From positions 3,249,080-3,313,079 of the forward strand of contig CAWEDP010000002.1 of the NCBI GenBank assembly GCA_963807925.1: a stretch of 64,000 nt of DNA, in the 5' to 3' direction. The first letter of the stretch is position 1; each line of letters begins with the position of its first letter. The translations under genes were made by a program, and so were the position numbers. The notes under the pieces are model-generated. The model did no database searches. It had not been told where the DNA came from and worked only from the letters and a program-made list of their open reading frames with translations. The DNA is from an uncultured Acidobacteriota bacterium. Lineage in GTDB: Bacteria > Acidobacteriota > Vicinamibacteria > Vicinamibacterales > CAVVIG01. This document shows, one piece after another, positions 18,769-28,413 of the stretch.

Positions 18769-20859
18769 CTACACCCCTGGAATTCTGAGGGTTTCATGAT
18801 CCGGATGCCGTTGTACCAGGCGCCGTTCGCGCAACGCACGCAGCGTGTCCCGCAAGGCCGGCGAATCGAGGACCTCGGGAGCGACCCACCACATGCTGCC
18901 GGGGACGACCTGCGTGCCCGGAATGATGCCCCGCTTGAGGAGCAGCCCGGCGTAGGACGGGCAGATGCCGAGGTGCTCGGCCGCGGCCTTCGCCGTGAGC
19001 CAGGCGGGCTGCGTGGCATCGCAGGCCGGCAGATCGAGCCGGCTGCGCAGCTCGCGGATGCGCAGGCGAGTCCAGTGGTTGCCCGCGCCGGTGCGCCAGC
19101 CGAGCAGATTGAGTTGCGCGGCGATGGCGTCATCGTGCCAGCGACCGGCCATGCGGCGCACCAGCGCGATTGCCTCGGCATCGGTACACCGCATCGTGCG
19201 ACCGCCCTCGGGGCGTGGCACGCGCACGTCGGTGTGACGACCGCCCTGCCAATGGATCACGAGCACGACCGCATGGGCCTCGTCATCGACATCCGCGATG
19301 ATCTCGTGGATGAGGATCCGGACAATGCGCTGCTTGAGACGCGGATCGATCGCGGGATCATGCCAGAGGGCCGGCACATCCTGGGCCAGGGCCTGCAATG
19401 CGCGCGCATCGACGGCGGGCTGCTGACCGGTACGCGCATCGAAGTCCGCCAGGCGCGCCTCGAGTTCGCGCACGCGCTCAAGCGCGCCGTTCCAGCGCGC
19501 TTCCAGTTCCGCCGCGACCAAGCGCATCTCGGGATCGACCTGCTCGTAGCGGCGCGCAGCGAGCCGGGCGTCATAGCGCGCCTGTTCGCCCTCCAACCGG
19601 AGCGCCTCGCGCTGCTCGCGATGGCCGGCTTCGGCCCGACGCGACGCTTCGATCGCGGCGTCGATGGCCGTCGGCGCGATCGCCTGCAGAATCTGTGCGC
19701 TGACCGCGTCTTCGACGGCCGTCCCGGCAAATTGCACGCAACGCGCGCTGCCGGTCTGGAGATGGCGGCGCGTGCAGCGAAACGCGGGCGCCGTGCTGTC
19801 GCGGCCGCCATAACTAATTTGCAGCGTGTGCCCACAGCGGCGACACCGCAGCAACCCCGCAAGCAGGCTGCGCCCGCCGCGTCCGGACTTCCGAGGGCCG
19901 GGCTTCATATACGCATTGGCCTCGATCATCGACAAATGCCGCACAAACGTGGGCCAGTCAAGGTACCCCGGATGGTGGTCCGGGATCACGACTTCCCATT
20001 GGTCGAGTGCACGCGCGTGGCCGGACGTCCGTCGGATGCGGCCGTCCACAATCGTCGTGCGACTTTCGGTGCGGCCGAAGACGTACGCGCCCGCGTACAA
20101 CGGGTTGGTGATGATGGCGTGCACGCGCGCGTAGTTCGGCGACGTCCATTCCGTATCGCGCCCGCCCTTGACGTACCGCGTGACGGGCAGCGCGACCTGC
20201 TCGCGGCGCAGCGCCAGCATCACTTGGCGTGTGCTGCCCAGTTCCTCAAACTGGCGCAACACCAGCCGAATCGCCTGTTGCACGCGGACATCCGGATCGA
20301 TCTCGATGACCCCACGCGGCCCGTACACGAAGCCGACGGGCAAGGGCAGCGGCAGCTCGCCGCGTTGCGCCTTCACGCGCTTGGCTTCATGCGCGCGCTG
20401 CCGCAGCGTGGCCATTTCGAATTCGCTCATGATCCCCTTGAGCCCGAGCAGCAAGCGGTCATTGACGAGGCACGGGTCGTAGATGCCGTCGTGATCGATC
20501 AGCACGACCTTCGTGATCGCGCCGAGTTCGACCAAGTGCGACCAGTCCCGATCGTTGCGCGCGAGGCGCGAGGCCTCGAGCGCCAGCACGGCACCGGCCG
20601 CACCCGAGCCCACCGTCGTCAGCAAGCGTTGAAAGCCCGGTCGCTCGGAGAAGCCACTACCCGAGACGCCCAGATCCTCGTCGATCGTTTCCACGCGACG
20701 AAAACCCAACGCGCGCGCGACCTCCACGAGCGCGTACTGGCGTCGCCGGCTCTCCGGGTGATCCTGCACTTGGCCGGCCGTCGACTGCCGCACATAGACG
20801 AGCGCGGTGCGCTCCAGGTGCTTAGCGGTGATTTTCGGATGCATCGTGGGCCTCGTCAT
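18769..20859 (-). CDS. large serine recombinase
   Basis: 696 aa. Resolvase catalytic domain with ALVYVRQSTAGQ (nucleophile Ser), recombinase domain and zinc ribbon (CRRCGHTLQISYGG...FRCTRRH). Alternative start at MHPKI (20844). Confidence 0.9.
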   Translation of the reverse strand: MTRPTMHPKITAKHLERTALVYVRQSTAGQVQDHPESRRRQYALVEVARALGFRRVETIDEDLGVSGSGFSERPGFQRLLTTVGSGAAGAVLALEASRLARNDRDWSHLVELGAITKVVLIDHDGIYDPCLVNDRLLLGLKGIMSEFEMATLRQRAHEAKRVKAQRGELPLPLPVGFVYGPRGVIEIDPDVRVQQAIRLVLRQFEELGSTRQVMLALRREQVALPVTRYVKGGRDTEWTSPNYARVHAIITNPLYAGAYVFGRTESRTTIVDGRIRRTSGHARALDQWEVVIPDHHPGYLDWPTFVRHLSMIEANAYMKPGPRKSGRGGRSLLAGLLRCRRCGHTLQISYGGRDSTAPAFRCTRRHLQTGSARCVQFAGTAVEDAVSAQILQAIAPTAIDAAIEASRRAEAGHREQREALRLEGEQARYDARLAARRYEQVDPEMRLVAAELEARWNGALERVRELEARLADFDARTGQQPAVDARALQALAQDVPALWHDPAIDPRLKQRIVRILIHEIIADVDDEAHAVVLVIHWQGGRHTDVRVPRPEGGRTMRCTDAEAIALVRRMAGRWHDDAIAAQLNLLGWRTGAGNHWTRLRIRELRSRLDLPACDATQPAWLTAKAAAEHLGICPSYAGLLLKRGIIPGTQVVPGSMWWVAPEVLDSPALRDTLRALRERRLVQRHPDHETLRIPGV

Positions 20860-21230
20860 CGCGGCTGGTGTCCAGCGGGTCGGCGTCTCGCACGGCGGCC
20901 AGCAACAGATCCGCCAGCGCCTCCACCACTTGGTGCGCTTGCTCCGCCGGCAGGTACGCGGCCGGCAGGCCGCGGTCGAACGGCATCTGCAGTTGTTTCG
21001 GTGATCGACGTCCCATCGAGGGCCTCCTGATGGGACCCACGATCACGCGTCGCGCGGGCCGCTGCAATCACAGACGCCAGCTCGCCGAGGGCATTCACCG
21101 AGACGAGACCTGGACCGACGGACAGCACGGCACACGCCATGCGATCCGTCATCCAGATGGGAATCGCGGCCGTGTGCTGGTTTTGATCGCACAGCCAGAG
21201 CTCGCGACGCGCGCGGACCGTGCGTCGCAC
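20856..21230 (-). CDS. small conserved protein upstream of the serine recombinase (DUF5372-like, from memory); start and C-terminus uncertain
   Basis: The open frame extends upstream to ~21290 and contains VHYRWHPLHGQTLDV..RELWLCDQNQHTAAIPIWMTD. A second small high-GC3 ORF (20822-20986, MPFDRGLPAAYLPAEQ...) overlaps its 3' part, so a frameshift is possible. Confidence 0.3.
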   Translation of the reverse strand: MRRTVRARRELWLCDQNQHTAAIPIWMTDRMACAVLSVGPGLVSVNALGELASVIAAARATRDRGSHQEALDGTSITETTADAVRPRPAGRVPAGGASAPSGGGAGGSVAGRRARRRPAGHQPR

Positions 21231-21465
21231 ATCCAGGGTCTGGCCGTGCAGTGGATGCCAGCGATAGTGAACCGTGACCTGCTCAGTGTGGTGGGCGGAA
21301 TGTGACTGGCGTGAAGGCTCCTCGCTTCGCTCGGACCTCTGGCTACGGCCTTGACGTCGCCTGCGCGCAGGACCGATGCAAGCATTTGCCGCCGGCCATC
21401 AGAAGATGCCGATTGCTCACTGAACGTGCGCAGTGCCAGGACCGATTCTGCAACCGTTACCTTGT

Positions 21466-21678
21466 ATGGTAACATCTTGCGAAGTGGGCAAGCACCGGCG
21501 TGGCGGGTACGTTTTCATCACTTGGAAAGGCGACCACCCACCGCGTCATGTCCACGTGTATCGAGACGGCAAATTGGTTGTGAAATGGGATCTGGACAAT
21601 CAGAAGGCCATGATGGGCGCCGCCACGCGCCGTATCTTGGGCTTGATCGCGGAGCTTGAATCGGAAGGACTGCTGTGA
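21466..21678 (+). CDS. DUF4160-like small protein (putative toxin-like partner)
   Basis: YVFITWKGDHPPRHVHVYRDGKLVVKWDL resembles the DUF4160 H-P-P-H-x-H core. Its stop overlaps the next ORF start (GTGA at 21675-21678). Confidence 0.6.
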   Translation: MVTSCEVGKHRRGGYVFITWKGDHPPRHVHVYRDGKLVVKWDLDNQKAMMGAATRRILGLIAELESEGLL

Positions 21679-22142
21679 AAATCCGCTCTGTCAGGCACAA
21701 TAATCGGAAGAAGATCTTCGAGGTTCGCACCGCCACGAAGACCCTCGCCTTCCCGTTCTCGAAGACGGAGCCCACGCCAACGATCCAGGACCCGATCGCA
21801 GAGGTGTTCGCTGACGAGGAAGCGGGTCGGGAGGCGTTTACCTACGTCCTGCACTCCGGCCGCACAGGCACCGTCCACGTGGAGAGGGTGCTCGAATACA
21901 ACCGTGATCCGAAATACCTTAGGGACCTTCTACTTTATCAGCTGACACTCGAAGCCCAGAAGCGAGTAGCCGAGAGTCCGCTATCGAAGCGCGAGATCGT
22001 CCGTCGGCTCGGAACATCTGCGGCGCAACTCTATCGCCTGCTCGATCAGACGAATTACCGCAAGTCGGTCGATCAAGTGCTTGCACTGCTGCAGGTACTC
22101 AACTGTGACGTCGACCTAGTCGTTCGGACGAAGACTGCCTGA
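21675..22142 (+). CDS. partner protein with C-terminal HTH (DUF2442-like N-terminus plus XRE-like HTH)
   Basis: 155 aa, translationally coupled to the upstream ORF. SKREIVRRLGTSAAQLYRLLDQTNYRKSV is HTH-like. Confidence 0.5.
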   Translation: MKIRSVRHNNRKKIFEVRTATKTLAFPFSKTEPTPTIQDPIAEVFADEEAGREAFTYVLHSGRTGTVHVERVLEYNRDPKYLRDLLLYQLTLEAQKRVAESPLSKREIVRRLGTSAAQLYRLLDQTNYRKSVDQVLALLQVLNCDVDLVVRTKTA

Positions 22143-22219
22143 GGCAGCAACGATCGAAAGCCGCGTCCATGATTACGGAGGGCACCCAGCCCGACCAGAC
22201 ATCGCCTTCACCTTCATGT

Positions 22220-22249
22220 CCAATATGGGCATGACCATGCCCATATTGG
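22220..22249. repeat. 30-bp palindrome CCAATATGGGCATG-AC-CATGCCCATATTGG
   Basis: Perfect 14-bp arms and a 2-nt spacer, in the non-coding gap between the HTH gene and the IS21 copy 2 left end. Confidence 0.6.
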
Positions 22250-22632
22250 GTTCGATGGCCGATTCGTCGCACGCTCTTGGCCGCCAGCGACACAGAATCC
22301 GTTAGGGCCTCCACACGCACACTGACGCGATTACGGCGTTGATGTTGAGGTGGCCTCTGTCGGTTTAGGTTCGTCGAGCACACGAAGGGTCCAATGACAG
22401 AGTGTCGCTCTACGTTCCGGTGCGTATTCCGGACCATCGTGAACACCCATTCCAGTCGACCGTGAACACCGATTCCGACCGATGCTGAACACCGATTCCG
22501 GTCATCATGAACGCCGATTCCGGCCATGGTGAACACGGATTCCGGTGATCGTGCACACCGGTTCCGGCCAAGCTGAACGCTCGTCGGTAGCGGCGCGATC
22601 CTGGGATCTTTTCCCCCGAAGGAAGGTCCTGG

Positions 22633-24252
22633 ATGGCAGCCACGAGGCTACTGATGAGACGACTCCGTGAACTACTCCGCCTGAAATACGACGTCGGGCT
22701 CAGCCACCGCGCGGTCGCGCAGGCGTGTGCGATGGGGCTGGGGACGGTCACCGGGTATTTGCAGCGCGCGACGGCCGCGGGCCTGTCGTGGCCCCTGCCC
22801 GCCGATCTCGATGACGCCGGGCTGGAAGCATGCCTGTTTGCGCGGCCAGCGGTCCCGTCGGCCCGGGATCGGGTGGTCCCCGACTGGAGCCAGCTGCACC
22901 AAGAACGGAAGAAACCCGGGGTCACGCTCGCCCTGCTCTGGCTCGAGTATCGCGCGGCGCATCCGAGCGGCTACGGCTACAGCCAATTTTGCGAGCGGTA
23001 TCGGTGCTGGGCGCGGACCCTGAAACCGTCCATGCGCCAGGTCCATCTCGCCGGCGAAAAGCTCTTCGTCGATTTCGCGGGGCAGAAGCCGCAGCTGGTC
23101 GACGGCACGACGGGCGAGGTGGTGGTCGTCGAACTCTTCGTCGGCGTCCTCGGTGCGAGTGGGTTGATTTATGCCGAGGCCACGCGGACGCAGGAGCTGG
23201 CCGCGTGGGTCGACGCGCATCGGCGGATGCTCGACGCCTTCGGGGGCAGTACCGCGATTTGGGTCCCCGACAATTTGAAGAGCGGCATTACCACGCCGAA
23301 TCGCTACGAGCCCGAGGTCAACCGGACGTACGCCGAACTCGCGCAGCACTACGGCGCCGTGGTGATTCCGGCGCGCAGCCAGGCGCCCAAAGACAAAGCC
23401 AAAGTCGAGGTCAGTGTCCAGATCGCCGAACGCTGGGTCCTCGCCGCCCTGCGGCATCGGACTTTTTTCGATCTCGCCGCGCTCAATGCCGCGATTGGCG
23501 AGCGGGTCGCCGTGATCAATGGCCGCCTGATGAAGGTCCTCGGCATCAGTCGGCGCGCGCTGTTCGAGCAACTCGATCGGCCGGCGCTCCGCCCGTTGCC
23601 CCCGACGCGCTATGAGCTAGCGGAATGGAAACCCTGTGTCGTCAACATCGATTATCACGTGGAGGTGGATCACAACTACTACAGCGTGCCCTACACCCTG
23701 GTGCACCAGCACGTCGAGGCGCGCTTCACGAGCACCACCGTGGAGGTGATCGTGAACACCCGACGCGTCGCGTCCCACCAGCGACTCACGGGCCGCGGGC
23801 GGGCGTCCACGCAGATCGCGCACATGCCGCGGTCGCACCGCGCGCATGCGGAATGGACCCCATCCCGGCTGATCGCCTGGGCCGAGCAGACGGGTCCGGC
23901 CACGGGCCGGGTGGCGGCGGGCATTCTCGCCGGGCGCCCGCATCCGGAGCAGGGCTACCGCGCCTGTCTCGGGCTCATGCGACTCGGACGCGTGCATGGC
24001 GCCGCGCGCCTCGAAGCGGCGTGTCTGCGCGCCGAGCGGCTGCGCTCCTATCGTTATCGCACCGTCGAACACATTCTGATCCACCAGCAGGATCGGCTCC
24101 CGCTCGAGGAGCCCGCGCCTGCCCGCCTCGCGATCACGCACGAGAATGTGCGGGGGGCGGCCTACTACGCAGAACAGGAGACCTATGCTGACGCACCCCA
24201 CGATGGAGAAGCTCCACGCCTTGCACCTGACGGCGATGGCCACCGCATTTGA
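22633..24252 (+). CDS. istA: IS21-family transposase IstA
   Basis: 539 aa, collinear with the copy-1 IstA (MRRLRELLRLKYDVGLSHRAVAQAC..., FVDFAGQK..., VPDNLKSG...). Confidence 0.92.
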   Translation: MAATRLLMRRLRELLRLKYDVGLSHRAVAQACAMGLGTVTGYLQRATAAGLSWPLPADLDDAGLEACLFARPAVPSARDRVVPDWSQLHQERKKPGVTLALLWLEYRAAHPSGYGYSQFCERYRCWARTLKPSMRQVHLAGEKLFVDFAGQKPQLVDGTTGEVVVVELFVGVLGASGLIYAEATRTQELAAWVDAHRRMLDAFGGSTAIWVPDNLKSGITTPNRYEPEVNRTYAELAQHYGAVVIPARSQAPKDKAKVEVSVQIAERWVLAALRHRTFFDLAALNAAIGERVAVINGRLMKVLGISRRALFEQLDRPALRPLPPTRYELAEWKPCVVNIDYHVEVDHNYYSVPYTLVHQHVEARFTSTTVEVIVNTRRVASHQRLTGRGRASTQIAHMPRSHRAHAEWTPSRLIAWAEQTGPATGRVAAGILAGRPHPEQGYRACLGLMRLGRVHGAARLEAACLRAERLRSYRYRTVEHILIHQQDRLPLEEPAPARLAITHENVRGAAYYAEQETYADAPHDGEAPRLAPDGDGHRI

Positions 24253-24937
24253 TCAACAACGGAGCGCCAGTCAGTACGCCGAGCTGGCGTTTGACGACCG
24301 CTTCGGCTTGCTCGTCGACACCGAATGGACCGCGCGCGAGCAACGGAAACTCGCCCAGCGCTTGCGAAATGCGAAGCTGCGGTATCCCGCATCACTCGAA
24401 GACGTCGATTTCAGTACGCCGCGGGGACTGCACCGCGAGGTGGTCCTGAGCCTCGGCACCGGCGGGTGGATTCGCGATCACGCCAATCTCCTACTCACGG
24501 GCCCGACCGGGATCGGGAAATCGTGGTTGGCGTCGGCGTTTGTGCAGAGCGCCTGTCGCCATGGCTTCACGGCCACCTACGTCCGGGCGCCGCGGCTCCT
24601 GCACGAACTCGCCGTCAGTCGCGGCGACGGATCGTATGCGCGGCTCCTGGCGAAACTCGCGAAGCTCGATCTCGTCGCGATCGATGATTGGCTGCTCGCG
24701 TCGCTCACCGACGCCGAACGCCGGGACCTGCTCGAGGTGATTGAAGATCGGAGCGAACGGGCCTCGACGCTGATCGCCAGCCAGCTGCCGCCGACCGCGT
24801 GGCACGCGGCCATTGGCGAGCCGTCCGTCGCCGATGCGATTTGTGATCGGCTGATTCATCACGCGCATCGGCTGACGCTGAAGGGGCCGACCATGCGCGA
24901 CCCGGGGACACGGCGCAGTCCAAAGGGAACATCATGA
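24185..24937 (+). CDS. istB: IS21-family helper ATPase IstB
   Basis: The ATG at 24185 overlaps the istA end. Walker A LTGPTGIGKSWLASAF and Walker B LVAIDDWL. Confidence 0.92.
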   Translation: MLTHPTMEKLHALHLTAMATAFDQQRSASQYAELAFDDRFGLLVDTEWTAREQRKLAQRLRNAKLRYPASLEDVDFSTPRGLHREVVLSLGTGGWIRDHANLLLTGPTGIGKSWLASAFVQSACRHGFTATYVRAPRLLHELAVSRGDGSYARLLAKLAKLDLVAIDDWLLASLTDAERRDLLEVIEDRSERASTLIASQLPPTAWHAAIGEPSVADAICDRLIHHAHRLTLKGPTMRDPGTRRSPKGTS

Positions 24938-25132
24938 GCACTGTCCGCCGCGCCTGTGGGGCATGCTATCGGTCGGCCGGGCTCGCGATCGTCGCGCCTG
25001 CGGCATCCTGGGCGGTCGTGGATCGCCGAAAGGAGCCTGTGGACCGTGCCCGAGCTGTGGAAAACGCACAGGACGCGTTTCCCACAAGCTCGTTGGACGG
25101 CGCACAGAACGCGCCGCCCACAACGGTCCACA

Positions 25133-26569
25133 GGGGGATGTCCCACTGACTGTTGAAATTTGAGAGCGGCGGCTCCTCACTGCTCGTGGTACACGAGTGG
25201 TGACTAGCCGCGGGCGCAAGCCCGCCAACAAGGAGCCGCCATGACGAAGTCTCGCATAGCCCGCCCGATCGCTGCTGTTGAATCTCCCACCGTCCGGACA
25301 CTGCCGCTCGTCGAGTTGCTGGTCGACACCAAGACCGAACTCATGGAGCTGATGGTCCGATCCGGCCTGCGCGTCCTGGAGGCAATGCTCGAGGAGGACC
25401 GGACCGCCCTCTGTGGCCCCCGGTATGCGCATCAGGCCACCCGCACCGCCGCGCGCGCGGTACGGTCCCGAGCGAGGTCGTCCTTGGGGGGCGGAAGATC
25501 ACCGTCGCGCGGCCGCGTGTGCGCGCCGCGGGGCGCGAGGTGCCGCTGCCGACCTTCCAGACGCTGGCGCAGGAGGACCCGTTGAATCGGCGCGTCGTCG
25601 AGCAGATGCTCGTGGGGGTGGCCACACGCCAGTATGCGCGGAGCCTGGAGCCGGTCCCGGCGGGCGTGGTGAGCCGCGGCACGAGCAAGAGCAGTGTCAG
25701 CCGCCGCTTCGTGGCGAAGACGACGGCGCAGCTGCGGGCGTGGCAGTCGGCGCCGCTGGACGGGCTCGACCTGGTCGCGCTGCTGGTCGACGGCGTGCAC
25801 ATCGGCGAGCACTGCCTGGTGGTCGCGCTCGGGCATCGCCGCCGATGGGCAGAAACACGCATTGGGCGTGTGGGAAGGGGCCACTGAGAACGCGGCCGTC
25901 TGTCAGAGCTTGCTGGCGAATCTCCAGAGCCGGGGCCTGCGCACCGACCGCAGCCTGCTCGTGATCCTCGATGGCGCCCTGGCGCTCCACACGGCTACGC
26001 GCGCCGTGTTCGGCGAGGCCGCCCTCATCCAGCGCTGTCAAATTCACAAGCTTCGGAACATCCTCGACCACCTGCCGGAGCGGCAATGGCCCTGGGTGCA
26101 GGCTGTCGTTCGACGCGCGTATCAGGCGACCGACCTCAAGATCGCCACGCGCTTGCTCACCGATCTCGCGAAGCGCCTCGACGACGAGTATCCGAGTGCC
26201 GCCGGCAGCGTCCGCGAAGGGCTCGAGGAGACGCTGACGGTCCTCACCCTGCACCTCTCGGCGCGCCTACAGCGGTCGCTGACGACGACCAACGCCGCCG
26301 AGAGTCTGCTGAGTCGCACCCGGCACGTGAAGCGGAATGTGAAGCGGTGGCGTGGCGGCCAGATGATGCTGCGCTGGGTCGCCGCGGGCGTGCTCGAAGC
26401 CGTGAAGGGCTTCCGGCGTTTAAAGGGCCATGCCGACATGCCCCGACTCGTCGCCGCGCTTCGTGCACGCGATCAACGTCTCGGTCTCGGCGTGTCAGGA
26501 GAGGAGAACGTCGCGTAGAATCTCAACTGAGCCGCCGCCGAATTTCAACAGCGGGCGGGACATCCCCCC
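25133..26569 (+). mobile_element. IS256-family insertion sequence with inactivated transposase
   Basis: Imperfect ~40-bp terminal IRs: GGGGATGTCCCACTGACTGTTGAAATTTGAGAGCGGCGGCTC (left) versus the reverse complement of the right end, GGGGATGTCCCGCCCGCTGTTGAAATTCGGCGGCGGCTC. No flanking direct repeat. Confidence 0.8.
25241..26518 (+). pseudogene. IS256-family (Mutator-like) transposase, two frameshifts
   Basis: Three ORFs (25241-25585, 25519-25887, 25694-26518) join into one transposase. Shifts at ~25458 (ARA|GTVPSEVVLGGRKI) and ~25833 (LVVALG|IAADGQKHALG). TTNAAESL signature. Confidence 0.85.
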
Positions 26570-27738
26570 AAGCGGCGTTGGGCGCTGCCCTGAGAGGACG
26601 GTTCCACGAAGTTCTCGTCGATGAGGGCCAGGACTGCAATCCGCACGATCTTGCGATCCTGACTTGGCTTCGAGGCCACGGCGTACCAGTCACTGTTGTG
26701 GCTGATCCGGACCAGGCGATTTACGAATTTCGCAGGAGTGTGCCGGCGGAGCTGTCAGCTTTTCGAGAGACGTACGCTCCGGAGAACCGACTGCGGCTTA
26801 CCGGCAACTTCCGTAACAGTCCTGCCATTTGCGCACTCGCCGCCACCCTCCGCTCGGAGGGGATTCCAGATAGATCCATAGGTGCAACCGCCGAATCGGC
26901 TCAACCGATACTCCTTTGTCCGTACGATGGTGAAGTCTCGTCTGACATAGGAACATGGTCCGGCCAGTGCATTTTACGAGCGATAGATCCCATCGCGATT
27001 TCCGTTCTGCTGGCGCACAACCGCAACTCGGCACAAAGAGCTGTCGGGCGTGATTCGCCAGACGGTGGCACCTCGCGAATCGCTGCTCTGGCCCGCGCAG
27101 TAGCCGCCTTCCATTCCGAGTCGGTAAGTCTCCGTTCGCGTGAAAGAGCACTGCATGCTGTTGAATTGCTGTTGCTGGAGTTCATGGATCGGCTGCAGGA
27201 CCACGAGACATCCGTCCAGGCGCTGGCACGCCACGGCATGAACGTCAGATTGATGCGACGTCAGGCACTTGAGTTTCTCACTGGCCTTCCCAAGCATTGT
27301 CCAAACGACGATGTCTCGCGTGAAGCCTGGATCGGAGCAGCGAGGCGTTGCTGTGAGCGGCTGAGGCTTCCGATGCCTCCTGGTCAGACAGCTGCTCGGT
27401 TCTTTCGCAATCCCCCCAACGGGGCGTGGGCACGTGGACTGCGCATTCGCGACGAAGTCGACATGCCATGTAGCACCGTCCACGAAGCCAAAGGGAAACA
27501 GTTCGACGCCGTTGTCGTCGTAATCCCGCCGGACCGGGCGCCGGCCCGTCGAACAGAAGAATTATTTACGGCTTGGGAGCAAAGGACTGAGCTTGAGGCA
27601 AAGCGCGTCGTCTACGTAGCCGTGACCAGGGCGCGTCGTCTTGTCGTTCTGGCCGTGCCTTCAGCTTATGCGCCGCGTTGCCAGAGGATTCTCGAGGCAG
27701 CCCAAGTGCGGTTCGAGCTTGCTCCGCCAGTCATCTGA
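26570..27738 (+). pseudogene. UvrD/Rep-like SF1 helicase, C-terminal ~390 aa only (5' part removed at the IS256 junction)
   Basis: Begins directly at the IS256 right end. Motif II FHEVLVDEGQD, TVHEAKGKQFDAVVV and motif VI YVAVTRARRLVVL. No Walker A region is present. The 550-aa ORF 26086-27738 is a read-through from the IS. Confidence 0.75.
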
Positions 27739-27796
27739 AGACCTGACGCCCGCTAAAGTGCAACTGGCCCAACTCGGGAACAGCGGCAACAGGGTA

Positions 27797-27822
27797 CAAA
27801 AAAATAGCCGGCTCGGCCGGCT
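27797..27822 (-). terminator. putative intrinsic terminator (minus strand)
   Basis: Hairpin AGCCGGC-TCG-GCCGGCT (27806-27822) with A7 on the plus strand, so hairpin followed by T7 on the minus strand. About 155 nt downstream of the tRNA-Pro remnant. Confidence 0.5.
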
Positions 27823-27975
27823 CATTCGAGATTTCTCCGCACTCCCACCACGCGAAAAAGGCGCGCGAATGCGCAAGCCTAACAACAGCCTAACGATTTG
27901 GGTCCGATCACGCCCGATCTTGACCGACCATCACCGACCATCTCGATCAAGAAACGCCAATGTTTTCGGGAAAAG

Positions 27976-28027
<52 letters not shown>

Positions 28028-28173
28028 GGCCCGACGCGGATTCTCGAATGATTTGGTGGCTTTTCGGGACCGGGTAGTAACCGGGTAGCGATTAGGCCAG
28101 CTCAATGACCGGGCTTCGCCGACGATCGCCGGTATCGATGATCGGCGACGTCTGGCGTAAAATGATCCCAGCG

Positions 28174-28413
28174 ATGAACTATCAAGACCGCATCGTCCGA
28201 GACCCTCAGATCGTTGGAGGCGAGCCGGTCCTGAAGGGGACGCGGGTGACGTTGAAGACTGTCCTCGCGAGTCTCGCCGAGGGCGCCACGACTGCTGAAA
28301 TTCTCGCCGACTTCCCTACGCTGGCTGACGAGGATGTCCGGGCCGCCATCGCGTTCGCTGCTGCCTCCGCTCAGGAGGATCTTCCGCTCGTCGAGACGCC
28401 CGTCAAACGGTGA
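28174..28413 (+). CDS. DUF433-family antitoxin-like protein
   Basis: 79 aa from the ATG at 28174. IVRDPQIVGGEPVLKGTRVTLKTVLASLAEGATTAEILADFPTL is a typical DUF433 sequence. 4-nt overlap with the next ORF. Confidence 0.8.
   Translation: MNYQDRIVRDPQIVGGEPVLKGTRVTLKTVLASLAEGATTAEILADFPTLADEDVRAAIAFAAASAQEDLPLVETPVKR

Larger units (their letters stand above)
22403..25132 (+). mobile_element. IS21-family insertion sequence, copy 2 (a different member); right end missing
   Basis: The left end has about seven 22-bp-period repeats of the GTGAACACCGATTCC type (22431-22590). Intact istA/istB. No inverted copies of those repeats downstream of istB. The element abuts the IS256 left IR at 25133. Confidence 0.75.

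Noticed and set aside
18697-21030. 777-aa plus-strand ORF covering the whole serine recombinase locus
   Set aside because: It is antisense to a gene with clear catalytic motifs. It is Arg/Ala/Gly/Pro-rich with no motifs, which is the typical shadow ORF of high-GC DNA. The same applies to 13824-15455 (antisense to istA/istB), 55794-57026 and 57335-58438 (antisense to IS5), 42629-43975 and 59170-60345 (antisense to ISL3), 32632-33753, 34579-35634, 61169-62587 and many shorter ones.
26086-27738. 550-aa ORF as an intact gene
   Set aside because: Its first ~160 codons are an out-of-frame read-through of the IS256 transposase 3' region and right IR. Only the part after 26570 has helicase motifs.
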